A DNA stretch of 28,461 nt from Limisphaerales bacterium (GTDB lineage Bacteria > Verrucomicrobiota > Verrucomicrobiia > Limisphaerales > UBA8199). Positions 15,938 through 25,929 of the stretch are shown one piece after another. The notes below the pieces were generated by a model. It was not told the origin of the DNA. It saw only the letters and a program-made list of their open reading frames with translations, and did not search any database. Position numbers and translations under genes: made by a program. The stretch is from the NCBI GenBank assembly GCA_025356925.1, contig JANXQE010000186.1, positions 1 through 28,461 of the forward strand, read 5' to 3'. The stretch's first letter is position 1; every line of letters begins with the position of its first letter.

Positions 15938-17362
15938 ATGAAATCGGTTTTTCACATATTCCTTGGTGTAGCCTTGAGCGCCCTTATGTTTAGCCCAAGT
16001 TTCGTTTTCGGACTAGACACAGCACACTCCGAGGCGGATGCAGTTACAGGCGCGGTGAAACCAGAAGCAGCGCGACAACGCCGCCTGCAGTGGAATCTCG
16101 ACACGCTGGTCGGTGATTATGAACGTCACGGGCAGCACGATGCCAAGTGGGACGCTTCCGTTAAGCTTGCACTGGAGACCTTTGCCAGGATGCGAGTCGC
16201 AGGCACGCCGAACGAGAAACTCATTTCCGTCCTTGCCGTGGCAACCAAGACTGCGGTGACCAACGGTTGTGATGATCCGATGGTAAAATATCTCTACGCG
16301 CGTTTTGTGCCTTTGCCAGAGGATCACACCTCTCAGGACCACGCGGAACTATATCGCTCCGCAGCCGAGGCGATGAGCCGGAGCGAACGCCCACCGATTC
16401 GGAAATTCTACGCAGCGCTGCGGACTGCCGATTCATTTAACATGGGTAGCGCCAGCACCCTGGCTGAAGTCCATAAATGGCGCGGCGAAGCCAAACGTTT
16501 CCTCATGGAGGTCGCCAACGACAAAGACACGCCTGCCGCCGAAGTTTACGATGCCTGGGATGCGTTACTTCAGTCGACTCCCAAGAACAAAACTGAGCAC
16601 GATGACGCTTACCTCGTCCTGGATCCCGTGGTCTTTAAAAACTGGCCTTCGGACCCGGCTCTCTTATTACTCAAAGGGCAATTTTATACCGACTACGCCT
16701 GGGCGGCACGTGGCGTCGGGTTTGCCAATTCCGTCAGCGATCAGGGCTGGCAATCATTTGTCAAACGTTTGGAGATCGCCGAGGGAGCGCTCAATAAAGC
16801 CTGGAAACTCAATCCGCAGGATGAGCGCATTGCCCTCCGAATGATCACCGTCGAGTTGGGTCAAGGCCAAGGTCGTCCGCGCATGGAGCAATGGTTTCAG
16901 CGGGCGATGTCGCTTAACCCAAATTATTATGACGCCTGTTACGCAAAGCTCCATTACCTGCAGCCCAAATGGTATGGCTCACACGAAGACATGCTCGAGT
17001 TCGCGGGGGAATGCGCAAACTCATCCAAATGGGGAGGGCATGTCCCGCTAATCCTTTTGGACGCTCACGAGCTCATTTCCCAATCCCTGAGCCGCGAAGC
17101 GCGAAAAGATTACTTTAGACGACCCGAGGTGTGGGCCGACCTCAAGCAAGCATTTGATAAATTCTTCCGTCTGAATCCGGAGGAAACCGGATGGCACCAC
17201 AATTACGCTTCGTACGCTTACCGTGCGCAGCAATGGCTTGTTCTGAACCGCGAACTGGCGCTCCTCGGTACGGTTAATTACGATTATTTTGGCGGAAAGG
17301 CCGAATTTGACAAAATCGTCCAGGCGGCCAAAGAGCATTCGGTGACGCCCAAATCCCCTTAA
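15938..17362 (+). CDS. Exported alpha-helical/TPR-like protein, DUF4034-like
   Basis: Signal peptide MKSVFHIFLGVALSALMFSPSFVFG. The YAW-x-ARG-x-GFA-x-x-V...W-x-x-F-x-x-RL-x-x-A...L-x-x-A-x-x-L-x-P segment and the L-x-PKW-x-GS motif match what I recall of DUF4034 proteins. Confidence 0.7.
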   Translation: MKSVFHIFLGVALSALMFSPSFVFGLDTAHSEADAVTGAVKPEAARQRRLQWNLDTLVGDYERHGQHDAKWDASVKLALETFARMRVAGTPNEKLISVLAVATKTAVTNGCDDPMVKYLYARFVPLPEDHTSQDHAELYRSAAEAMSRSERPPIRKFYAALRTADSFNMGSASTLAEVHKWRGEAKRFLMEVANDKDTPAAEVYDAWDALLQSTPKNKTEHDDAYLVLDPVVFKNWPSDPALLLLKGQFYTDYAWAARGVGFANSVSDQGWQSFVKRLEIAEGALNKAWKLNPQDERIALRMITVELGQGQGRPRMEQWFQRAMSLNPNYYDACYAKLHYLQPKWYGSHEDMLEFAGECANSSKWGGHVPLILLDAHELISQSLSREARKDYFRRPEVWADLKQAFDKFFRLNPEETGWHHNYASYAYRAQQWLVLNRELALLGTVNYDYFGGKAEFDKIVQAAKEHSVTPKSP

Positions 17363-17604
17363 ACCATTTCACCACCTGGCACTCGTTACGCGGAACAGTC
17401 CCGAGTACCGTTAACCAGGCAGTGTTAATGCACAATGCGGATATTAACACCCTTAATGGTATATGCCTATCCAATGTGATACCCCAGATCCCATCCGGCT
17501 CCGCCGCCACTCCTGCGCTCCACCTGGCGCTCTATCGCCAACCATTCCAAACAATTCCCAGCATCAAAAACTTGTTTCCTTCTCTGCCCCGACGCGAACC
17601 CGCG

Positions 17605-20600
17605 TCATTCCTCCGAAAACAGGTATTCCAGATCCGACTTGGAGAGACTGCGCGCAAAGCCCTCTTCCCCGAGCACGTCGGCAATCGTTTGGGCTTTGCT
17701 CTGTTGGAGCTCCCAAATTTTCTCCTCCACGGTTCCCGGCGAGATCAGGCGGTAGGCGTTGACGGTTTGGGTCTGACCGATCCGGTGTGAGCGATCGATG
17801 GCCTGGGCTTCAACGGCCGGGTTCCACCAGGGATCGTAAAGCACGACGTAGCTGGCCGTGGTCAAGTTGAGACCGGTGCCCGCGGCCCGGAGGCTGAGCA
17901 GGAACACGGAAGCATTCGGGTCGGTTTGGAATGTGCTGACGACCTCTTGACGATCTTTGGTCTGCCCGGTGAGGATGTGGGTGGGGATCTGGTGGGCGCG
18001 GCACTCCTGCTCCAATAATTCGAGCATCTGCACGAATTGGCTAAAGACGAGAACTTTTTGGCCTTCGGCGATCAAAGAATCGAGCAATTCGAATAGCGTT
18101 TCGGTCTTGCCGGAGGCGGAATCGTTGCCCACCAGTCTAGGGTGACAGCAGATCTGGCGCAGCCGGGTGAGCGCGGCCAGAACGTGAATCTTGCTTTTGT
18201 TGAGCCCCTTCTCGGCCACCGTTTTCATTACCTGCTCGCGGCTGCGGCGCAACTCGGCGAGATAGAGTTTCCGCTGTTCGTCGCCCAACTGGCAGTCGCG
18301 ACGCTGCTCGATACGATCCGGCAGATCTTTGGCGACGTGCTTCTTGAGCCGCCGGAGCAGCAGCGGACGCAATTTGGCCGAGAGCCTCCGGCGCGCAATA
18401 CGCTGGGCGGATTCGGCGTTCTCACCTCGAGGTTCGTAGATTTCGGCGAACTGATCCTGGTTGCCCAGATATCCGGGCTGGATGAAATCCGCAATGCTCC
18501 ACAAATCGAGCAGCCGGTTTTCCAGCGGTGTGCCGGTCAGGGCAAGCCGATGTTCCGCTTTTAGCTGTTTCACCGACTGAGTGACCTGTGCCCCGGGATT
18601 TTTGATAAATTGTGCCTCGTCGAGGATCACGGCGCGGAAAGGAAACTTCTGAAGCTCCTCCAGGTCGCGCCGGAGCAGAGCATAATTGGTCACGATCAGA
18701 TCGTGTTGAGGGATCTGCTTGCGCAGGTTATGACGCGCGGCGCCGCTCTCCAGCACCAGCACTTTCAGGTGGGGCGTGAACCGGTTGGCTTCGCGGCGCC
18801 AGTTGTGCAGGACCGATGCGGGGCAAATGACGAGCCCGGGTTTCGGGTCTTTGGTATGTCGCTCCTTCAACCAGGCAAGCCAGGTCAGTGTCTGGATGGT
18901 TTTGCCCAGGCCCATATCATCGGCCAGTATACCGCCGAGCCTCATTTGAGTAAGGTGGCAAAGAAAATCAAAGCCGTCTTTTTGGTAGGGCCGCAGCTCG
19001 GCCTGGACGTTGGCCGGCAGTTCTGTGGCGGGAACGCCTCTAAAATCCTTCAGCTTTTCCCGCAATCCTTTGGCTTGAGGCGAGTCGCAAAAGCGCTGCA
19101 GCCCCGCTTCGTCCAGGTGCGCGATTTGCTCCATGCCTATCTTCTGAGCCACGGGCACCAACCCCTCCACCCCCATATCGGCCATCGCTTCGTGGGCGGA
19201 TTGCACAGCCGCCGAATCCAGCTCGACCCAGCCGGCATCCGGCAGCTTGACAAAACGGCCGGTGGCAGTTTGGAGGCGGAGCAAGTCTGCGGGGCTGAGC
19301 TTGAGGCTTTCCTGTTCCCACTCGGCCGAGACGGAAAGCCAGTCGATTCCGCTGCCCTTCACGACCAGGCGGGGACGAAGCTGGCGCGGAGTCAAGAACA
19401 GGCGTTGGAAAGCGGGATTGGCCAGGTAATCGGCGTCGCTGGGCCGATCCAGCCAGGCGCGGGCGACGGTCCCCAGGAACGCCTCATTGGCATCGCCCAC
19501 CCATAAGCCGGGCTCGGGCGTAAACCAGTCGAGTTGGCGCAGCCACAAGGTCGCGGGCTCGAGACGCTCGTCATCGAGGATTTCAGGCTTGTCGGATGGC
19601 GGCCTTTTAGGCTCCTGGATTTGCCACTCATGACCATTCCAAAGCCAGACGCTCTCGTCGCGATCGCTCCTGGCCAGCAATCGCAGGCGCACCGTCTCGT
19701 CGAGCAACTCGAAGATGAACTGCGGCCGGGCCGGATGGGTGACACAGAGTTGCTCCCAATCAACGCCGTGGTTGCACTGCGTGCGGCGCAAATGCGTCAG
19801 CAACCGATGACTCAACTTGCGCACGGGAACAGCAGCCTGGCGGGACCAATGTTCCAACAATTGAGTCGGCGGGGCATTCCGCAACAAATAGAACGTGCCC
19901 TCGGTCATTGCCAATGGAGGCCGTTGGTTAAAAAACTGGACGTCCGTAAGAGGCAGGCTCTGTCCCCCCGGGATCGTGAGGCGGTGCGTAAACGAGAGCT
20001 CGGCAGACCCGTTCTCGAGATGGGGCGTCAATTCGGCAACCTGGCCATGGAAGGCGAGGCTCTTGGGACCTTCAACCGAGTCGAGTTCCAGCCTGGTGGT
20101 ATGCCCCCAGCGCGCCAGCCAGTGGAGCAACTCTATGTCGGAGAGCACCATGGTTTCGTCGCCGTCCGAGCGGCCCGCGTGGCTTTGCGCCAGCCATAAA
20201 ACAAATTCCCAATCCTCGGGCGCAAATAGCTCTTGCTCGTGGGCGGCACGATTGGTCAGCTCGATTACTTCAGCGAAGGATTTGATTTTCTCGCCGGTCC
20301 GAGGTCGAGCCAGGTGGAACCGCACCGCCAGCCGGCACCGAGCCGTGTGAAGCTCATCGGGCTGGGGATGGCAGAGGACTCGCAGCGCGGCGCGCGGGGC
20401 GTCCAGGTGTGCTGGGCCGGGGGGAAAGAGCCACTCCTCCAGGTGTTTGACCAATCGCTGCTCGTGCGCGGCATGCTCGACCTGGGCAAACCGATCCAGA
20501 TCGCCGTACGGAGACAGCTCGGTTGGCAACGACCGTTTCGCACGAAGAAAAAGGAATGCCACCTCCTCTAATCGCGCTTTGCCCTGGGCCGTCAATAACC

Positions 20601-20907
20601 GTGGCCACCAATCCGGACTCGGGAAGTCCTTTCGCGACAAGGACAGTTTTTCGAAGTAATCCTCCAGCAGGAGCCACGCTCGCTGAGAATCAGCGCAGGT
20701 CGCGAAGGTCTGCAGCAATTCCTCCCGTTCGGTTACGGCGGCCTTTGAATCTGAAAGCTCGCGGCGCAAATCCGCCAGCACGCCGTAGGTCTTGGACAAA
20801 ACGGAGTTGTGGGCATCGTATTTTGACGCTTGAGCGGAACGCAGACCGTTCCCGGTTCGTAATAGGACTTTTGCCATCTGACTGTACCCGTATATGGGTT
20901 CTATCAT
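17605..20907 (-). CDS. SNF2-family (SWI2/SNF2) helicase-like ATPase
   Basis: Motifs LRPYQ, LADDMGLGKT, LDEAQFIKN, LTGTPLEN, LRRLK, LTRLRQICCHP, VFSQF, SLRAAGTGLNL and DPWWNPAVEAQAIDRSHRIGQ. The start is 20907 or 20877. Confidence 0.95.
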   Translation of the reverse strand: MIEPIYGYSQMAKVLLRTGNGLRSAQASKYDAHNSVLSKTYGVLADLRRELSDSKAAVTEREELLQTFATCADSQRAWLLLEDYFEKLSLSRKDFPSPDWWPRLLTAQGKARLEEVAFLFLRAKRSLPTELSPYGDLDRFAQVEHAAHEQRLVKHLEEWLFPPGPAHLDAPRAALRVLCHPQPDELHTARCRLAVRFHLARPRTGEKIKSFAEVIELTNRAAHEQELFAPEDWEFVLWLAQSHAGRSDGDETMVLSDIELLHWLARWGHTTRLELDSVEGPKSLAFHGQVAELTPHLENGSAELSFTHRLTIPGGQSLPLTDVQFFNQRPPLAMTEGTFYLLRNAPPTQLLEHWSRQAAVPVRKLSHRLLTHLRRTQCNHGVDWEQLCVTHPARPQFIFELLDETVRLRLLARSDRDESVWLWNGHEWQIQEPKRPPSDKPEILDDERLEPATLWLRQLDWFTPEPGLWVGDANEAFLGTVARAWLDRPSDADYLANPAFQRLFLTPRQLRPRLVVKGSGIDWLSVSAEWEQESLKLSPADLLRLQTATGRFVKLPDAGWVELDSAAVQSAHEAMADMGVEGLVPVAQKIGMEQIAHLDEAGLQRFCDSPQAKGLREKLKDFRGVPATELPANVQAELRPYQKDGFDFLCHLTQMRLGGILADDMGLGKTIQTLTWLAWLKERHTKDPKPGLVICPASVLHNWRREANRFTPHLKVLVLESGAARHNLRKQIPQHDLIVTNYALLRRDLEELQKFPFRAVILDEAQFIKNPGAQVTQSVKQLKAEHRLALTGTPLENRLLDLWSIADFIQPGYLGNQDQFAEIYEPRGENAESAQRIARRRLSAKLRPLLLRRLKKHVAKDLPDRIEQRRDCQLGDEQRKLYLAELRRSREQVMKTVAEKGLNKSKIHVLAALTRLRQICCHPRLVGNDSASGKTETLFELLDSLIAEGQKVLVFSQFVQMLELLEQECRAHQIPTHILTGQTKDRQEVVSTFQTDPNASVFLLSLRAAGTGLNLTTASYVVLYDPWWNPAVEAQAIDRSHRIGQTQTVNAYRLISPGTVEEKIWELQQSKAQTIADVLGEEGFARSLSKSDLEYLFSEE

Positions 20908-21033
20908 CCCGCCATAGAAAGGCCTTGGTGGTCAATAGAAATGTAAAGAATTTTTGCTCGGGCCAGGCAAACGGCTGGGCGGCGGCTGGGGGCGCTTGCG
21001 TTCACCCAACTTTGCACCCAAACTGAGCCGCGA

Positions 21034-23805
21034 ATGCAGGAACTGGTCAAGAAAATCGAAGCGGATGCCGCCGCGCGTTTGCCGTTGCCCCCGGGGCGCC
21101 TGGCGACTCAGGAATTGGCCAGGTATAAAACTTTCCTGAAGGTGGAGACCCATCGGCTCAAAATGGGGCACCGGGCGGGGGGCGGGGGGTTGGAAATTTG
21201 CCGAGCGCGCGCGGCGGTGCTGGATGTACTCCTGCGGTATTTATGGGACGCGGCCAGAGCCAGCCTTTCGGAACAGGCACAGAAGGAATTCCCTCCGCTG
21301 GCGCTGGTGGCGATCGGCGGGTACGGGCGAGCCGAGCTGAATCCGCACAGCGATATAGATTTCATGTTCCTGCACGACCGGCAGGTTGCCGGTCGGCGGC
21401 CTTTGCCGCACCTGTCGAAAATGATCGATGGACTGCTTTATCCGCTCTGGGACATCGGGTTGAAAGTAGGCCACTCGGTCCGTACCATCGAAGATTGCGT
21501 CAAGGTGGCCAACAGCGACATGCAATCCAAGACCTCCTTGATTGAGGCTCGATTGGTGGCCGGGGACGGAGAACTGTTCAGCAAGTTCGAAAAGACGCTG
21601 GTCGCGAAATGCGTCCACAAGCACGAGGAGGAGTACATTGCCATGCGGGTGGAGGATCAAAACTCACGCCGCAGCAAATTTGGCAACTCCGCCTGCATGC
21701 AGGAACCGAATGTCAAGAACGGCTGCGGTGGGCTGCGGGACTATCAGAACCTGTTATGGATGGCCTTTTTCAAGCACCGAACACGCTGGCTCACGGATTT
21801 GCAGGCGCATGAAATGATCAACGAGAGCGAGCGCAAACAGCTTGAAGCCGCGTACGATTTTCTGCTGCGAGTGCGGACCGAAATGCATTATCATCTCAAC
21901 CGCGGGATGGACGTGCTGACCAAGAGCTTGCAGCCAGCGGTGGCTCATAACCTCGGTTACGCGGAGCGATCGCCCAGCCAGCGCATCGAGCGGTTCATGC
22001 GCGTCCTTTACACGCATTCGCGCAATATTTTCCGCATTACCCGGACGATCGAGCAACGGCTGGCGTTGCTTCCGCCGCCCCGCAAACTCTCGTTCCGCTA
22101 TTTTCTGCCAGCCGGCCGAAGCCGCGTCAGTGAGCCGATGGATGGCTTCAAGATTTTGGACGGAGAGATCCAAGCCGCCACTCCCCGGGTTTTCCGCGAT
22201 CAACCGCGACGTCTGATGCGCGTTTTTCTTTACGCGCAGCAGCGAGGCCTGGACATCCACCCGGACCTTGCGCAGTTGGTGCGCAACCAATTGGGACTGG
22301 TGGATCGCGCGTTTCTTTCGGACGAACACGTGCGGGAAACCTTCCTGACCATCCTGGACCAGCGCGGCAGTGTCGCGCGAATTCTCCGCGCCATGCACGA
22401 AACGGATTTGCTGGGCAAGTACATCCCGGAATTCGGCAAACTCACCTGCCTGGTGCAGCATGAGTTTTATCACCAATACACAGCCGATGAACACACGCTG
22501 ATGTGTTTGGAGCAGTTGGACAAGATTTGGGAAGCGAAGGAAGCGCCCTACAGCGAGTATGTGCCGCTCTTTCAGAGGCTGGAGAGGCCATTTCTGCTGT
22601 ATCTGGCCTTGTTGCTCCACGATACCGGCAAGCCGGACGGCCACGGCAACCACGCCGTGGTCAGCGCCCAACTAGCTTTGCGGGTCGCGAAACGATTAGG
22701 CCTGGACGGCTCCTCCACCCACACCCTGTGCCTGCTCATCGAGCACCATCTCCTCATGGCGAGCACCTCGCAGCGCCGGGATCTGGACGACGACGCGGTC
22801 ATCCGAAAGTTCGCCAAGCAGATTCAAAACCCGGAGACCCTGGTCCTCCTCACGTTGCACACGTTTGTCGATTCCCAAGCCACCAGCGACAAGCTCTGGA
22901 ATGGCTTCAAAGAATCGTTGCTGTGGTCGCTCCACCACAAAGCCGTCGCCTTGATGGCCGGCGGAACCGAGTTTGTCCGCGCCGAGGAACAGCAGCGCGA
23001 ATTGCTAATGGAGGAAGTGAAGCGGCTGATGCCACCCCAATTTACAGCCGAAGAGCTGCAAGCCCACTTCGGGGCTTTGCCCGCGCGATACTTCCAGATC
23101 CATTCCACGCGGGAGGTGCTCGATGATCTCCTGCTGGCCCACTCCTTCATGCGGCGGCAAACATCCGATCAGGAAAACCCGCTCACACCGGTAGTCAACT
23201 GGCATGACCAACCGGATCGTGGCTGCAACGCGGTGACGGTCTGCACCTGGGATCGGGCGGGTTTGTTCCGGAAAATCGCCGGTTCCCTCAGTGCGGCGGG
23301 TCTGAACATTTTAAGCGCGCAAATCTTCACCCGCAGCGATGGCATCGTTTTGGACACGTTCAATGTGCAAGACGCCTGGACGGGCAATCTCGCCGGCGCT
23401 GACCAGCGCGAGGCCTTCGAAACGGTTATCAATAAGGCTTTGACGGGAGAGGAAGTGAATTTTCAGGCGCTGATCGCCCGCCGAAAAATCACCCGGCCGA
23501 TTTATCAGGCTTACGTGGGGGAGCGCATTACGACCCGGATGGGCTTCGACAATGACGCGTCCGATACTCGCACGGTGATTGAGGTCGAAACCGAAGACCG
23601 GATTGGGCTGCTTTACGCAATCTCGCAGCAGCTCTCCGAGCTGGAGCTCGACATCTCCGCCGCGAAAATCAGCACCGAACGAGGCGCGGCCATTGACAGT
23701 TTCTATGTTCGGGAGCTGGATGGCGGGCGAGTCGTGGCGACGGATCGCCAGCGCGCGATTGAGCACCAGTTGCAGCGCGCGATCAAGGATCTAGACGAGC
23801 GCTGA
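21034..23805 (+). CDS. glnD: [Protein-PII] uridylyltransferase/uridylyl-removing enzyme
   Basis: Nucleotidyltransferase motif AIGGYGR-x-EL-x-PHSDID, EPNVK-x-G-x-GGLRD, an HD domain (HQYTADEH...LLHD-x-GK) and two C-terminal ACT domains (DRAGLF, DRIGLL). Confidence 0.97.
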   Translation: MQELVKKIEADAAARLPLPPGRLATQELARYKTFLKVETHRLKMGHRAGGGGLEICRARAAVLDVLLRYLWDAARASLSEQAQKEFPPLALVAIGGYGRAELNPHSDIDFMFLHDRQVAGRRPLPHLSKMIDGLLYPLWDIGLKVGHSVRTIEDCVKVANSDMQSKTSLIEARLVAGDGELFSKFEKTLVAKCVHKHEEEYIAMRVEDQNSRRSKFGNSACMQEPNVKNGCGGLRDYQNLLWMAFFKHRTRWLTDLQAHEMINESERKQLEAAYDFLLRVRTEMHYHLNRGMDVLTKSLQPAVAHNLGYAERSPSQRIERFMRVLYTHSRNIFRITRTIEQRLALLPPPRKLSFRYFLPAGRSRVSEPMDGFKILDGEIQAATPRVFRDQPRRLMRVFLYAQQRGLDIHPDLAQLVRNQLGLVDRAFLSDEHVRETFLTILDQRGSVARILRAMHETDLLGKYIPEFGKLTCLVQHEFYHQYTADEHTLMCLEQLDKIWEAKEAPYSEYVPLFQRLERPFLLYLALLLHDTGKPDGHGNHAVVSAQLALRVAKRLGLDGSSTHTLCLLIEHHLLMASTSQRRDLDDDAVIRKFAKQIQNPETLVLLTLHTFVDSQATSDKLWNGFKESLLWSLHHKAVALMAGGTEFVRAEEQQRELLMEEVKRLMPPQFTAEELQAHFGALPARYFQIHSTREVLDDLLLAHSFMRRQTSDQENPLTPVVNWHDQPDRGCNAVTVCTWDRAGLFRKIAGSLSAAGLNILSAQIFTRSDGIVLDTFNVQDAWTGNLAGADQREAFETVINKALTGEEVNFQALIARRKITRPIYQAYVGERITTRMGFDNDASDTRTVIEVETEDRIGLLYAISQQLSELELDISAAKISTERGAAIDSFYVRELDGGRVVATDRQRAIEHQLQRAIKDLDER

Positions 23806-23825
23806 GGCGTTGAGACTGAAAGTGG

Positions 23826-25880
23826 TCAACGGGCGACGTTAGGCGGTGCGGGATCAGGAGCGACGAGGGCCTTGGCTTCGCGGTGCAATGCTTCAGCAAT
23901 GAGCCAATCACTCCAAGTAGGACCGTAATCCTTGCCTTTGAAGGTCTTTTCCTCGAGGGGGCATCCCGCCAGCGTGGCACGAGCTTCATTAGTGCGGCCA
24001 AGCCGGCATTGCGCCATAGCCGAAATCAGACCGGCTTGGACGGCGAAATACGGGTTGTTTCCTTGTGGCCCCGCGCCGACGTTCTTCAAGAGATCGATGG
24101 ACCGCGCCGGGTGTTTTTGGCGATATTCAAGCAGGCCCCTGGCGACCCGGAAGCCATCCTGAGCCAGGACCCTCGGCCCGGCGGTCGACAGCGTCTTGCC
24201 CAAGGTTTCCACTCCCTCCAAACCAGAGTCCGGTAACGGGAGGAGGAGGCAAGCCTTGAGCATCCGTTCGACCGTGATCGGCACGTGGGCGTCCGGAAAC
24301 TGGCGGAGAAAGCGTTGACGATGACGTTCATAGGCTTGGAGATCACCGGTTTGCACCAGCAACGGAGCCAAAAAATAATAGGTAAGGGGTTCGGTCGGAA
24401 CGAGCTCGATCATTCTGCTGAAATTAGTGATAGCTCGGGACCAGTCGCCAGCCCGAGCGCGCGTGAAGGCTAAGGAATTCAGCAACGGAACCGTCGCCGG
24501 ATCCTTGATTTGATAGAACAATTGCTCAGCCTCGTCGAAACGGCCTTCGCTGACGAGGCGGCTGGCGGCGGACAGCTTGTCACCAAGTTGCGCGCGATCC
24601 TGGAGTTGTGCCTGGACGGCCAGCGCTTCCTCGGCTTGCTTTCGCAGGCGGACCTGTTCCTTTTCTGCAGCCATCGCGCGCTCACGGGCGTGGCGTTCCT
24701 GGATGAACAGATAAAGGGAGAGACCGAAGCCGACCACAAGCGCGAGACAAACGGCTCCAACGCCCGCGACAGCAGCTTTGTTTCTCCGGACGAGCTTCTG
24801 CAGGCGATAAAGACTACTGGGTGGGCGGGCGAGAACCGGCTCGTTATTCAAATGGCGTTGGACATCCATTGCCAAGCCATTGGCGGTTTCGTAGCGGCGT
24901 GTTCGATCTTTCTCGAGCGTCTTCATCACGATCCAATCCAGGTCACCACGGACCAGGTGGATGAGTTTTGGCGGGTCAGTCTTGCGTCGAGACGCTGTGG
25001 TCGTGAGGTCATCGCTCAACATCGTGCGAAGCCGGGTCGATGGGCGCTCAGGTTCCTTCTCACGAATGACACGGCGCAATTTGTCCAGACCACTTGCCAA
25101 CAGCTCTTTGGTATCGAACGGAGTCATCCCGGTGAGCAACTCGTAGAGCAGCACTCCGAGCGCATAAATGTCGCTGCGTGTGTCGATATCGAGCCCGCTT
25201 AACTGCGCCTGTTCGGGGCTCATATAGGCGGGTGTGCCGATGAATTGCTCGAAGGCGGTAAAGAGCGTTTGGTCTGTCAGCCGGCCCTGTGTGGCCTTGG
25301 CGATCCCGAAGTCGATGACTTTAGGCACTGGCACGCCATCATGCAGGGTTACGAGAATATTGGAGGGTTTGATGTCGCGATGAATAATGCCTTTTTGGTG
25401 GGCATGCTGGATCGCGTGACACACCTGGACAAAGAGTTTGAGCCGCTCCTCGGTGGAAAGTTTGCTCTCGTCGCAGTACTCGGTGATTTTGACTCCCCGG
25501 ACCAACTCCATCACAAAAAAGGGTCGACCGCTTTCGGCGGCACCGGCGTCGAGCACCTTGGCGATGTTGGGGTGATCCATGAGCGCCAAGGCCTGTCGTT
25601 CAGCCTCAAAGCGGGCAATGACGCTCTTGGTGTCCATGCCCAGCTTGATGACCTTAAGCGCTACCCGGCGGCGTACAGGTTCCTCCTGCTCGGCCATGTA
25701 GACCACACCGCAACCGCCTTCGCCGATTTGTTGGAGGAGTTTGTAACGGCCCAACCGGTCTCCCGGCTGCTCGGTGACCGGCAGAGTCAAGATGACGGTC
25801 CCCTTGGGCCCAGCCGGTTTGACGGACTCAGCGCCAGCCGCTGGGGCACCGAGTTCTTCCGGCGTTCCAGTCGGTTGCAT
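23826..25880 (-). CDS. Hanks-type Ser/Thr protein kinase with one transmembrane helix and a C-terminal TPR-like helical domain
   Basis: Motifs IGEGGCG, VALKVIK, HRDIKPSN, DFGIAK, GTPAYMSPEQ and DIYALG. Transmembrane segment AAVAGVGAVCLALVVGFGLSLYLFI. Confidence 0.95.
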   Translation of the reverse strand: MQPTGTPEELGAPAAGAESVKPAGPKGTVILTLPVTEQPGDRLGRYKLLQQIGEGGCGVVYMAEQEEPVRRRVALKVIKLGMDTKSVIARFEAERQALALMDHPNIAKVLDAGAAESGRPFFVMELVRGVKITEYCDESKLSTEERLKLFVQVCHAIQHAHQKGIIHRDIKPSNILVTLHDGVPVPKVIDFGIAKATQGRLTDQTLFTAFEQFIGTPAYMSPEQAQLSGLDIDTRSDIYALGVLLYELLTGMTPFDTKELLASGLDKLRRVIREKEPERPSTRLRTMLSDDLTTTASRRKTDPPKLIHLVRGDLDWIVMKTLEKDRTRRYETANGLAMDVQRHLNNEPVLARPPSSLYRLQKLVRRNKAAVAGVGAVCLALVVGFGLSLYLFIQERHARERAMAAEKEQVRLRKQAEEALAVQAQLQDRAQLGDKLSAASRLVSEGRFDEAEQLFYQIKDPATVPLLNSLAFTRARAGDWSRAITNFSRMIELVPTEPLTYYFLAPLLVQTGDLQAYERHRQRFLRQFPDAHVPITVERMLKACLLLPLPDSGLEGVETLGKTLSTAGPRVLAQDGFRVARGLLEYRQKHPARSIDLLKNVGAGPQGNNPYFAVQAGLISAMAQCRLGRTNEARATLAGCPLEEKTFKGKDYGPTWSDWLIAEALHREAKALVAPDPAPPNVAR

Positions 25881-25929
25881 CGGACGCCCTGTGCCTGGTC
25901 AGTGTTAGCCTGCGGCGTCGTCCCGAACC

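Noticed and set aside
15754-17604. DUF4034-like region as a horizontally acquired low-GC island
   Set aside because: It looks somewhat AT-richer, but my spot counts of three 60-nt lines ranged 45-60% GC. There is no integrase, tRNA or flanking direct repeat. A sliding-window GC and codon-usage analysis would be needed.
18142-20199. Plus-strand ORFs of 140-298 aa opposite the SNF2 gene
   Set aside because: Antisense shadows of a strongly supported helicase.
17605-20907. SNF2 helicase as part of an anti-phage defence system
   Set aside because: No methylase, nuclease, DUF1998, phospholipase-D or other defence partner is adjacent; the neighbours are glnD and a lone exported protein.
21754-23126. 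305-aa minus-strand ORF and 207-aa alternative-frame ORF within glnD
   Set aside because: Fully nested in glnD with no independent motifs.
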